29,174 nt of DNA from a virus (Duplodnaviria; Caudoviricetes), in the IMG/VR virus record IMGVR_UViG_3300011334_000363, positions 1 to 29,174 of that record. The stretch is one strand, 5' to 3'. Positions within the stretch are counted from its first letter, which is position 1, and every line of letters starts with the position of its first letter. Shown here one piece after another: positions 15,036 through 23,620 of the stretch. A program made the position numbers and the translations under genes. The notes under the pieces were generated by a model, which did no database searches, had not been told where the DNA came from, and worked only from the letters and a program-made list of their open reading frames with translations.

Positions 15036-15647
15036 ATGCCACACGATAAAGACAAAAATAACAGATATAAGAAGGTTCAGGTGCGATTAACCCCCTTGCA
15101 ATGGACTAATATTCACACACGCATACGCATGGGAGAAAAGAAGGCAGACTTGGCTAGGGAGTATGGAATTACCCGACAAGCAATTAATTATAAGTTTGCC
15201 GGTGTCGTAGAGGAGTCCCCTATTGAAACAGCAGCTGCCAAGATAGTATTGGCACATGAGTATGCAAATGATGAATTGCAAAAGCTACCTCCCAAAGTGC
15301 AGGAGAAAGCATGGGACATGGCAAAAGCTTTGATGTCTATTAGTGAAAGCTTAACTGAAGGTGCAATGCAAGGTGCTATCAATTTCCGTAAGTTATCAAC
15401 ATTGGCGAATGAAATGACAGAGGAAATGCTTGATAAGGGAGGTGACGCACAAATGTTGGCGATCATCAGCGCCATCACTAAGACAGCTAATGAAGCAGCT
15501 GCACCTTCATTGAATTTGTTGAATATCAATAAACAGACAGTGGATAGATTAACTAAAACTGGCGACATAGTTGGAAAGAAAACATTAGCAGATTTTTATG
15601 GTATTGGGTTATCAGATGGAGTATTAGATGTCAAAACCGATTCTTAA
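15036..15647 (+). CDS. Putative terminase small subunit
   Basis: HTH GEKKADLAREYGITRQAINYKF, helical body, overlaps the large-subunit start; start re-assigned to ATG 15036. Confidence 0.7.
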   Translation: MPHDKDKNNRYKKVQVRLTPLQWTNIHTRIRMGEKKADLAREYGITRQAINYKFAGVVEESPIETAAAKIVLAHEYANDELQKLPPKVQEKAWDMAKALMSISESLTEGAMQGAINFRKLSTLANEMTEEMLDKGGDAQMLAIISAITKTANEAAAPSLNLLNINKQTVDRLTKTGDIVGKKTLADFYGIGLSDGVLDVKTDS

Positions 15648-16989
15648 CCCTAATCTTGAAGGGTTTTATGAAAATCCTGACTATCGGTACTATGTGTTGC
15701 ATGGCGGTCGTGCATCGGGTAAAACTTATCATACGGCTGGGTTCTGCGTGTACATGGCAGCTAATTACACGGTTAAGTTTCTATGTGTACGGCAATTTCA
15801 AAACAGATTGTCCGACTCGGTTATGTCAACCATTATTGAATGTATAGACATAGCTGGATTGCAGGATGAATTTGTAGTGCTGGCGAATGAGATACGCCAT
15901 AAGACGACAGGATCTAACTTCACTTTCTTGGGGATCAATAGAAACCTAAATGAGATTAAAGGTATGACCGGTGTGGAGGTTTTGTGGATCGAGGAAGCGG
16001 AAGGATTAACTGAGGAACAATGGCGAGTTATCATGCCGACAATTCGTGCAGAGAACTCCAAGATATTTATTGTGTTCAATCCTAGACTAGCGACTGATTT
16101 TGTTTACAAGAAATTTGTGGTGAATCCACCCACCGATTGTTTGGTGCGACAGGTTAATTATCCTGATAATCCGTACCTCTCCTCTACCATGCTGAAGGTT
16201 ATCAATGATGCAAAGGAATTTGATGATGATTTTGATCATGTGTATCTAGGTCAGCCAAAAGATGATGATGAATCGGCTATTATTAAACGATCACATGTTA
16301 TGAGTGCCATTGATGGGCATATTAAGCTTGGAATTGAGCCACTAGGTACACGCAGAATAGGATTTGACGTAGCAGACTCAGGTGAAGATGATTGCGCTAT
16401 GGTGGAAGCCTATGGATCGGTAAATTTATGGTCTGATATATGGCACAGTAAAGATGATCAATTGCTGAAATCGTGTACAAGGGTATGGAATAGAGCAAGA
16501 ATAGAAAATAGTTTGATTATTTACGATGCTATTGGTGTTGGGGCTACATCTGGGGCAAAGTTTAATGAATTGAACAATGGAAGCAAATTAAAGCTAGAAC
16601 ATCAGAAGTTTTTTGCAGGTGGAAAGGTTGCCAAACCAGAACATCAATATAATCGGTCTGGGATTAAGAATAAGGACTATTTTTCTAACATAAAAGCACA
16701 AGCATGGTATTTGGTGGCAGATAGGTTTAGGAATACGTTTAATGCTATTAACAATGGACAGGAATTTAGTGATGATGAAATGATATTTATTGATTCAAAA
16801 ATGCCTAATCTTACTGTTTTAGTCGATGAATTGTGTACACCATTACAAGATTATGATAATAATGGGCGTATTAAAGTAGAATCTAAGAAAGATTTAGCAA
16901 AACGTGGTATAAACTCCCCAAACATCGCAGATGCTTTCATTATGGCAAATCTATCAAGCGACATGAAGAAACGTTCATTTTTTGGATAA
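15628..16989 (+). CDS. terL: Terminase large subunit (PBSX-like)
   Basis: Walker A HGGRASGKT, Walker B LWIEEA, FNP coupling motif, nuclease GFDVA...DD and SPNIADA. Confidence 0.95.
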   Translation: MSKPILNPNLEGFYENPDYRYYVLHGGRASGKTYHTAGFCVYMAANYTVKFLCVRQFQNRLSDSVMSTIIECIDIAGLQDEFVVLANEIRHKTTGSNFTFLGINRNLNEIKGMTGVEVLWIEEAEGLTEEQWRVIMPTIRAENSKIFIVFNPRLATDFVYKKFVVNPPTDCLVRQVNYPDNPYLSSTMLKVINDAKEFDDDFDHVYLGQPKDDDESAIIKRSHVMSAIDGHIKLGIEPLGTRRIGFDVADSGEDDCAMVEAYGSVNLWSDIWHSKDDQLLKSCTRVWNRARIENSLIIYDAIGVGATSGAKFNELNNGSKLKLEHQKFFAGGKVAKPEHQYNRSGIKNKDYFSNIKAQAWYLVADRFRNTFNAINNGQEFSDDEMIFIDSKMPNLTVLVDELCTPLQDYDNNGRIKVESKKDLAKRGINSPNIADAFIMANLSSDMKKRSFFG

Positions 16990-16994
16990 AAATT

Positions 16995-18485
16995 ATGTTT
17001 AACTGGTTTAAAAAACAACCTACAGAATCTGCACCAGCTCCTAAAAAGAAAAAAAGTCTTTTTAGTACGCATAATGACAATGAACCGTCTATGCACACTG
17101 TGCATGATGTGTTATCAAACATTTATCGAGAGCAACCTGCCCTACTGCATAATGAAGGTGCGATGGATAACTCAGATAATGGTTATCCTGCTTTTAAAAT
17201 GTATTCTGCTGGTCAATCTAATATGAGCGACCAATTAATGTACTGGTACGCCAACCAAGGATTTATAGGCGCACAATTATGCGGAATACTTGCACAGAAT
17301 TGGTTGGTTAATAAAGCCTGTGCAATGCCAGGTGATGATGCAATAAGAAAAGGCTATAACATAGTCACAGTAGATGGTGGTGAACTAGATCCAGATGCTT
17401 TAAAAATAATGAAACATTATGATAAAGCAATGCGGTTGGATTTTAATATGCGTGAGTTTATCCGCAAAGGTCGCATATTTGGTATACGCATTTGTATGTT
17501 TAAAATCATGTCTACAGATCCCTTATATTATGAAAAGCCATTTAATATTGATGGCGTAACGGCAGGAAGCTACAAAGGTATGATCCAAGTTGATCCATAC
17601 TGGACAGCACCAATGCTTGATGGCCCATCTGCCAGCCAACCGGACACCATGCACTTTTATGAACCAACATGGTGGTTAATCAATGGCAAAAAGATACACA
17701 GATCCCACTTGATAATATTTAAACATGCAGAACCCGTAGATGTTCTAAAACCACAATATATCTATGGTGGGATACCTTTAACACAGCAAATTATGGAACG
17801 TATTTATGCTGCTGAACGTACTTCTAATGAAGCACCACAGTTGGCGATGTCAAAACGCACTACTATCTGGCTAACAGATATGGAAGCGGTGATGTCGGAC
17901 AGTACAGCAGCTGCTGATAGACTCCAACAATGGGCGCAATATCGTGATAATTACGGTATTAAAATGGGTGACAAGGAAGGAGATGATTTTAATCAGTTTG
18001 ATACTTCCCTATCTGATTTTGATGCGTTGATCATGACTCAATATCAATTGGTGTCTGCAATTGCCGGTGTACCTGCTACCAAGTTATTAGGTACGTCCCC
18101 AAAAGGTTTTGGAGCATCAGGTGATTATGAAGAAGCTTCATATCATGAATTATTGGAGTCAATACAATACCATGATCTTACGCCATTGGCTGAACGTCAT
18201 CATATGTTGGTGATTAAGTCTTATGTCGAACCTAAAATTAAAGCAAGTCTTGAAACAACATTGAACTGGTTGCCATTAGATACGCCAACAACACAAGCAT
18301 TGGCAAATACTAATCTTGTTAAAGCACAAACAGCTGCTATACTTATTGAAGCTGGTATTATTTCCAGTGAAGAAGATAGGCAACGTGTAGCTACTGATAA
18401 ATCCAGCGGTTATAACGAAATGGGATTGGCTGATGAAGGTATTGAAGATCTTGAGTCTAACGATGACAATGAAATAGCAGAATGA
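16995..18485 (+). CDS. Portal protein (DUF1073-type)
   Basis: Follows terL; QNWLVNKAC.MP..DAIR.G, KIHRSHL, GVPATKLLGTSPKGF. Confidence 0.9.
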   Translation: MFNWFKKQPTESAPAPKKKKSLFSTHNDNEPSMHTVHDVLSNIYREQPALLHNEGAMDNSDNGYPAFKMYSAGQSNMSDQLMYWYANQGFIGAQLCGILAQNWLVNKACAMPGDDAIRKGYNIVTVDGGELDPDALKIMKHYDKAMRLDFNMREFIRKGRIFGIRICMFKIMSTDPLYYEKPFNIDGVTAGSYKGMIQVDPYWTAPMLDGPSASQPDTMHFYEPTWWLINGKKIHRSHLIIFKHAEPVDVLKPQYIYGGIPLTQQIMERIYAAERTSNEAPQLAMSKRTTIWLTDMEAVMSDSTAAADRLQQWAQYRDNYGIKMGDKEGDDFNQFDTSLSDFDALIMTQYQLVSAIAGVPATKLLGTSPKGFGASGDYEEASYHELLESIQYHDLTPLAERHHMLVIKSYVEPKIKASLETTLNWLPLDTPTTQALANTNLVKAQTAAILIEAGIISSEEDRQRVATDKSSGYNEMGLADEGIEDLESNDDNEIAE

Positions 18486-20257
18486 TTGGCAAAGCATTAC
18501 GTCCAAACGTAGGTATTGGTGTTGATTACGCCAAACCTACGACACGGTTGATCACTTTAATGTATAAAGACATTATTAGGGAACTTAACCGAACATTTAA
18601 AGAATGTGGTTACGAAACTGCTATGGATATGTCAATTAGCAGTCAAATGCGTATAACAATTAATGCTTTGCTTAAAAAATGGCAAAAACGTTTTGATAAA
18701 GTAGCAGAAACATCAACTGATAGGATGATTGAGCGTACTGTTAAAATATCAAAGGTTACGCTTAATTATTCACTTAAAGAATTAGCTGATGCTATCAGTA
18801 TCGACAAAACATACAGCAATACCATACTTAAAGAAGTTATTAAAGCAAGTACGGAAGAAGCAGCTAATTTAATCAAACTTATACCTCAACGTGCGCTTGC
18901 AGAAGTACAAGGTGCGGTCATGAGAAGTATAACGACAGGACAAGGTATGTATGATCTTGTGCCTTTTCTAAAAACAAAGTATAAAGGCAATATTAAAAGA
19001 GCCAGAAACACTGCGCTTGATCAAACTCGAAAAGCTTATCAATCTGTAAATACTACAAGACTAAAAGCTTACGGTGTAAAAAAATTTATATGGATACATT
19101 CAGGTGGTGGTAAAACAAAACGACCATTGCATGTTGAAATGGATGGTAAAGAGTATGATTTGAATGATCCACCTTATATTGGCGATATGTATGGGAGTAA
19201 GATATACGGATTGCCAGCGGATCTTCCAAATTGTTTACCAGCAAATTCAAATGTCGAATCCTTTAATGGTTTGAATAAGCTTTATAGGCACAGATTTACT
19301 GGCGTATTGACCAAGCTCATTACGGAAAATGGTGAAGCTATTGAATCTACACCTAATCATCCAATACTTACTAATAGAGGTTGGATCGCATGTAAGGATG
19401 TTGAGATTGGAGATTATATAGTCAAGGCTAGACAACAAAGCGGTAACATTATCGAAAGCAATATAACAAACGATATAACCACTATCGGAGAGCTTTTTGA
19501 TTCTGCCATTTCTTTGTTCGGAGTAGACATGATTAGAGCCAGTAACACCGGACTTGAGTTCCACAGCGACATTACCGATAGTGAAATCGATATTATAGAC
19601 ATCACAGGAAGTTTGCCGAGTGAATATGATGCCGAGTTCAGTAAGTGCTTTTGCGAATTCATCCTCACCTGCCCCGATCCATTGATGATGGAAGTTGGAA
19701 GCTTTAGTGATGGATCTTTTGATAAGTTCTTGATGAGTTCGCTTGGAATCTCTGATGGATTTATTAGCAGCTTTGGCTCTGTTTTGTCTTTGTTCAAAAG
19801 TCATGAAGCTCATGCTAACAATATTTGCTTGGCTTTGGTTTCGTATATTGCAACCAGATTCGAGCAATCTTTTTCTGATAGCAGTGCGAGAAACATTGAA
19901 TTGTTTAGAGATCTCAAGTTCGCTAAGTCCATTTTCATAGGCGATAACAATTTGATCTGTAGGCAAATTTTTACGTTGATGACTAGAGCGTTTGATTTTG
20001 GGAACAATAAAACCATAAGTGCGGATAGCCTTGGAGAGGTTATCGGGATTAACTTTAAGAATTTTAGCAACTTCAATCAATCCGGTGGTATCATTGAAAC
20101 ATTTGAGAGAGTTGACAATAAAATCATAAGTGAATTTTCTGACCATGTGTATAACCTTGAAACTAAAAAGAACTGGTATAGTTCTAAAGGTTACATTATA
20201 CACAATTGCCGATGTATTTTAAAACCTGTAATTAATTTTGATGAGGAAGACGAATAA
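18482..20257 (+). CDS. MuF/SPP1 gp7-like head morphogenesis protein containing an intein
   Basis: RA..TA.DQT.K, W.HSGG...RPLH..MDG; removing residues 251-575 restores PADLPN|CRC and gives a 266-aa mature protein. Confidence 0.92.
   Translation: MIGKALRPNVGIGVDYAKPTTRLITLMYKDIIRELNRTFKECGYETAMDMSISSQMRITINALLKKWQKRFDKVAETSTDRMIERTVKISKVTLNYSLKELADAISIDKTYSNTILKEVIKASTEEAANLIKLIPQRALAEVQGAVMRSITTGQGMYDLVPFLKTKYKGNIKRARNTALDQTRKAYQSVNTTRLKAYGVKKFIWIHSGGGKTKRPLHVEMDGKEYDLNDPPYIGDMYGSKIYGLPADLPNCLPANSNVESFNGLNKLYRHRFTGVLTKLITENGEAIESTPNHPILTNRGWIACKDVEIGDYIVKARQQSGNIIESNITNDITTIGELFDSAISLFGVDMIRASNTGLEFHSDITDSEIDIIDITGSLPSEYDAEFSKCFCEFILTCPDPLMMEVGSFSDGSFDKFLMSSLGISDGFISSFGSVLSLFKSHEAHANNICLALVSYIATRFEQSFSDSSARNIELFRDLKFAKSIFIGDNNLICRQIFTLMTRAFDFGNNKTISADSLGEVIGINFKNFSNFNQSGGIIETFERVDNKIISEFSDHVYNLETKKNWYSSKGYIIHNCRCILKPVINFDEEDE
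19232..20206 (+). mobile_element. Intein (325 aa) in MuF
   Basis: Block A CLPANSNV, block B IESTPNHPILT..GW....V.IGD, block F HVYNLET..NWY, block G IIHN followed by C(+1). Confidence 0.93.
19247..20146 (-). CDS. Antisense intein-nested endonuclease: tandem HTH plus DUF559/Vsr-like PD-(D/E)xK domain
   Basis: 299 aa from ATG 20146 (318 aa from GTG 20203). HTHs LIEVAKILKVNPDNLSKAI and YENGLSELEISKQFNVSRTAIRKRL; nuclease EDEFAKAL..LGI.F.RQ....YNIDF.....AVELK...R...L...GY.V.YI; AAGG RBS; upstream TATAAT. Confidence 0.85.
   Translation of the reverse strand: MVRKFTYDFIVNSLKCFNDTTGLIEVAKILKVNPDNLSKAIRTYGFIVPKIKRSSHQRKNLPTDQIVIAYENGLSELEISKQFNVSRTAIRKRLLESGCNIRNQSQANIVSMSFMTFEQRQNRAKAANKSIRDSKRTHQELIKRSITKASNFHHQWIGAGEDEFAKALTELGIIFTRQTSCDVYNIDFTIGNVAVELKSGVTGSNHVYSEQRNGRIKKLSDSGYIVCYIAFDNVTALLSSLDYIISNLNILTCDPTSISKYWMIRCRFNSFTIFRNELGQYASKSVPIKLIQTIKGFDI
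20195..20223 (-). promoter_or_regulatory. Candidate sigma70 promoter for the antisense endonuclease
   Basis: Minus strand TTTAAA(20223-20218)-17 nt-TATAAT(20200-20195). Confidence 0.55.
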
Positions 20258-20841
20258 TGAAAGATAAATTAAATGCCTTAGATGGCACAACAATAAGTGT
20301 AGCATCTTCTGCTGTACTTGGGGAAGAAGCTAATGCGAAAGGCGTTTATACTTTCAAATGTTTTGAATATGAAGGTGGCCCATTGTTGTGGGAAGATAAA
20401 ATTGAAAATGTTGTTTGTACATTAGGTAAAAACTTAATGCTTCAAGCTGCATTAACTGGATCTGCGTATACAGTTGTTGGCCCATACATGGGATTGATTT
20501 CTTCAGTATCTTATGTGTCTGCCCCAGTCGCTGCTGATACAATGGCATCACATACTGGTTGGACAGAAGCTGGATCTACAAATGCTCCTACTTTTGCAGC
20601 TAGAATTGCACCTGCTTTTGGAACTGCTGCAGCTGGCGCTATTGCATTATCAACACCAACATCATTTACTATGACAGGTGCTGGTACTTTAAAAGGTGCT
20701 TTTATTACTTACGGTACTGGTGCTGTTGCTACTTTAATGTCAACTGCTGGAACTTTATTATCTGCTGGTTTATTTACTGCTGGTGATCAGCCTGTAAACG
20801 CAGCTAACGTAGTTCAAGTATCATATTCTCTAAGTTTATAG
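20257..20841 (+). CDS. Putative virion structural protein
   Basis: 194 aa, Ala/Gly/Thr-rich, ENVV.T.GKN.ML and V.V.Y.L.L C-terminus seen in fibre-associated proteins. Confidence 0.7.
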   Translation: MKDKLNALDGTTISVASSAVLGEEANAKGVYTFKCFEYEGGPLLWEDKIENVVCTLGKNLMLQAALTGSAYTVVGPYMGLISSVSYVSAPVAADTMASHTGWTEAGSTNAPTFAARIAPAFGTAAAGAIALSTPTSFTMTGAGTLKGAFITYGTGAVATLMSTAGTLLSAGLFTAGDQPVNAANVVQVSYSLSL

Positions 20842-20852
20842 GATTTTTAATC

Positions 20853-21047
20853 ATGGCAAATTTTGTACAAGGTGAAGCAGTAACTCAAATTCTTCCAGCT
20901 CCGATTTCAGGAACTGTTCTTGGTTTTGGTTTTGATCCCAATACTGGTGACGTAAATGTTCTTGTTGGCTACACTGATAGTGATAAGTCTGAACAGCAAC
21001 GTTATTTTCAACAATCTGAACTAAAAGCAACTCCGATAATCAAATAA
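20853..21047 (+). CDS. Small beta-rich (SH3-like) hypothetical protein
   Basis: F.QGE.V...GTV...V.Y...RYF..SEL; AGGA RBS. Confidence 0.7.
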   Translation: MANFVQGEAVTQILPAPISGTVLGFGFDPNTGDVNVLVGYTDSDKSEQQRYFQQSELKATPIIK

Positions 21048-21063
21048 AAAGGAGTAATAAAAT

Positions 21064-22851
21064 ATGGCATTAGTATTACTTGACCGTGCTAGAGAAACTA
21101 CTATTGTTGCAGGCACAACGGCTAGTGCCATACTTTTAGGAGCTGTTTCAGGTTATCAATCTCTTGCTGGAGTAGGTAACGGAAATACTACTTATTACTG
21201 TATAGCAGATCAAACTGGAGCAAACTGGGAAGTTGGTATAGGTACTTATACTTTAGCAACAACCACACTTACTAGAGCAGCAACACCTTTAGATTCTTCA
21301 AATGCTGGAGCGTCTGTTGTATTTCCAGCTGGAACTAAAGATGTATTTGTAACTTACCCTGCTGAAAAAGGTGTTTGGCTAGATGCTTCTGGTAATGCTA
21401 TAGGACTTGGAACTCCAGCTGCTTTTATTGCTACAAATGTAACAGGATTGCCAATTTCAACTGGAGTTAGTGGTCTTGCTGCAAATATAGCAACTTTTCT
21501 TGCAACACCTTCTAGTGCTAATTTGTTCTCCGCATTAACCGATGAAACTGGAACAGGTCTTAATGTTTTTGCAACTTCTCCTACATTAGTTACCCCTATA
21601 TTGGGTACTCCTACATCTGGTACTTTGACAAGTTGTACAGGATTACCATTAACAACTGGGGTTACAGGAACTTTACCAATAGCTAACGGAGGAACTAACT
21701 CAACAGCAACACCTACTGCTGGTGGAGCTGGTTATGGTACGGGTACAGCCCATGCTTATACCGCTGCTGGAACGTCCGGAAATGCTTTAATATCTGCTGG
21801 TGCTTCTGCTCCTGCATTTGGTAACTTAGCATTAGGAACTGCAAATACTAACGTATCAGGAGCATTAACTGCAACTAACGGTGGAACAGGAGTAGCTGGA
21901 ACATTAACTGGTGTTTTATATGGTAACGGTATTTCTGCACACTCTGTAGCTACTGCTGCTCAAATGCTTACTGGCATGGGAGTTGCAAACACTACTACAA
22001 GTGGGTATTTATCATCAACAGATTGGAATACTTTTAATGGAAAACAAGCTGCTGGTTCTTATGTAACTGTCGGTGGAGCATTGGGTACTCCATCTTCAGG
22101 AACGGTAACAAATTTAACTGGCACGGCTTCTATAAATATTAATGGAACAGTCGGCGCAACTACCGCTAACAGTGGGGAGTTTACTACAGTAACAGCTTCA
22201 TCCAATATCACAGCTAACGGTAGGGTTATAGGAACATCACCCAACTCAGGCTCAACTGGCGCTGTAACATTAAAAAACGCAGTAGCAGATCCAGATACTT
22301 TATATATACAAGCTATAAATAATGCAGGTACCATTCAATACTCCGCTTTACAGTTTAAAACTGATGGATCAATTTCTGCATCAGGACAAATTACAGCTAC
22401 TCAGTTTAATGGAGCATGGCAATACCTTCCATCTGGAACAAGAATGTCATTCCAACAAACTGCCGCACCTACAGGTTGGACTAAAGACACCACGGCTGCA
22501 ATAAATAATAGCGCTTGTCGATTTGTGACAGGAACTGCATCAAGTGGAGGTTCTGTTGGATTTACCACCGCATTTGCTAGTCAAGCGGTTACAGGTACGA
22601 ATGGGGCATCTGCTGCATACACTTTAGCAACTGCGGATATACCTAGTCATAGCCATGTGGTGACGGGCTATCAAGTTCTTGGAGGAGGCGGTTTACCGCA
22701 ATATTCAGCATCAGCCACTAATGCGTCTTCACCGTCAACAGGCGAAACAGGCGGCGGTGGTTCGCATAGTCATGGTGCAGCAAGTTTTACAGGTAATGCT
22801 ATCAACTTAGCGGTTAAATACTATGATTTTATTATAGCGAGTAAAAATTAA
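21064..22851 (+). CDS. Fibre protein
   Basis: 595 aa, Gly/Thr/Ala-rich; repeated LGTP.SG..T..TG and LP.ANGGT; collar-like PSGT...F.QT.APTGW...L....IPSHSH; AAGGAG RBS. Confidence 0.85.
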   Translation: MALVLLDRARETTIVAGTTASAILLGAVSGYQSLAGVGNGNTTYYCIADQTGANWEVGIGTYTLATTTLTRAATPLDSSNAGASVVFPAGTKDVFVTYPAEKGVWLDASGNAIGLGTPAAFIATNVTGLPISTGVSGLAANIATFLATPSSANLFSALTDETGTGLNVFATSPTLVTPILGTPTSGTLTSCTGLPLTTGVTGTLPIANGGTNSTATPTAGGAGYGTGTAHAYTAAGTSGNALISAGASAPAFGNLALGTANTNVSGALTATNGGTGVAGTLTGVLYGNGISAHSVATAAQMLTGMGVANTTTSGYLSSTDWNTFNGKQAAGSYVTVGGALGTPSSGTVTNLTGTASININGTVGATTANSGEFTTVTASSNITANGRVIGTSPNSGSTGAVTLKNAVADPDTLYIQAINNAGTIQYSALQFKTDGSISASGQITATQFNGAWQYLPSGTRMSFQQTAAPTGWTKDTTAAINNSACRFVTGTASSGGSVGFTTAFASQAVTGTNGASAAYTLATADIPSHSHVVTGYQVLGGGGLPQYSASATNASSPSTGETGGGGSHSHGAASFTGNAINLAVKYYDFIIASKN

Positions 22852-23162
22852 TGGCAAAAGATGCAAAAATAATATGCCCAATGATGGGCGGCAAGCCTTG
22901 TGTTGAAGATGGCTCTATTGTAGATGGCGAGCTTGTTTCGTGTCGTTTTTGGGTAACTGTACAGGGTATGCACCCACAAACTGGAGAAACTATTAACAGT
23001 TCTGATTGTGCTATGTGCTGGACTCCCGTTTTAATGATAGAAAACAGCAAAGTAAATCGAGAAACTGGTGCAGCTATAGAGTCGTTTAGAAATGAAATGG
23101 TGAGCGCAAATAATCAATTATTACTTCATGCAACAAATAAAAACTTATTAGGTAATTTATGA
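22851..23162 (+). CDS. Cys-containing fibre-associated hypothetical protein
   Basis: CP....C...C.FW....G..PQTG.....CA..W.P.L.IENS....AAIESFRNEMV. Confidence 0.75.
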   Translation: MAKDAKIICPMMGGKPCVEDGSIVDGELVSCRFWVTVQGMHPQTGETINSSDCAMCWTPVLMIENSKVNRETGAAIESFRNEMVSANNQLLLHATNKNLLGNL

Positions 23163-23620
23163 AATTAACAATAATTGTTTCTGATGGGGCTGTTTATGAA
23201 AATGATGTTGTTTATACAGACTTAGTTTGGGAAGGAACGCCAGCAGATGTTCATGCGCTACAATGGAGAGATAGCGCTGGATGGGTAGAATATAATGATC
23301 CTAATATACCTAATCAAGATATAACTGTGCTTCCTAAATGGGCAAATAATGCTATGGAAGCTTGGACTATAGCAAATACTCCAATACCACCTCCTCCACC
23401 AATACCTCCAACTGCGGAAGAAAACAAAGCCACTGCATCTAGCTTGTTATCAGAAACTGATTGGACAACTATTGCTGATGTTGCTGATCCTATTAATAGC
23501 CCTTACCTTGATAACCAAAGTGAATTTATAGCTTATCGTAATTTAGTGCGACAAATTGCGGTATATCCTACGGCTGGCGACTTAGTATGGCCTGTAAAAC
23601 CTAATGAAGTTTGGAAATAA
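23159..23620 (+). CDS. Fibre assembly chaperone-like protein
   Basis: C-terminal LL.ETDWT..AD...YR..VR.I......WP.KP; follows the fibre gene. Confidence 0.8.
   Translation: MKLTIIVSDGAVYENDVVYTDLVWEGTPADVHALQWRDSAGWVEYNDPNIPNQDITVLPKWANNAMEAWTIANTPIPPPPPIPPTAEENKATASSLLSETDWTTIADVADPINSPYLDNQSEFIAYRNLVRQIAVYPTAGDLVWPVKPNEVWK

Noticed and set aside
16995-18485. Anti-CBASS function for the DUF1073 protein
   Set aside because: Such labels stem from fusions in some homologues; no 2H phosphodiesterase domain is evident, and size and position fit a plain portal.
19414-20076. Additional short ORFs inside the intein (19414..19797, 19743..19940, 19810..20076)
   Set aside because: No motifs or RBS; by-products of the stop-poor dual-coding region.
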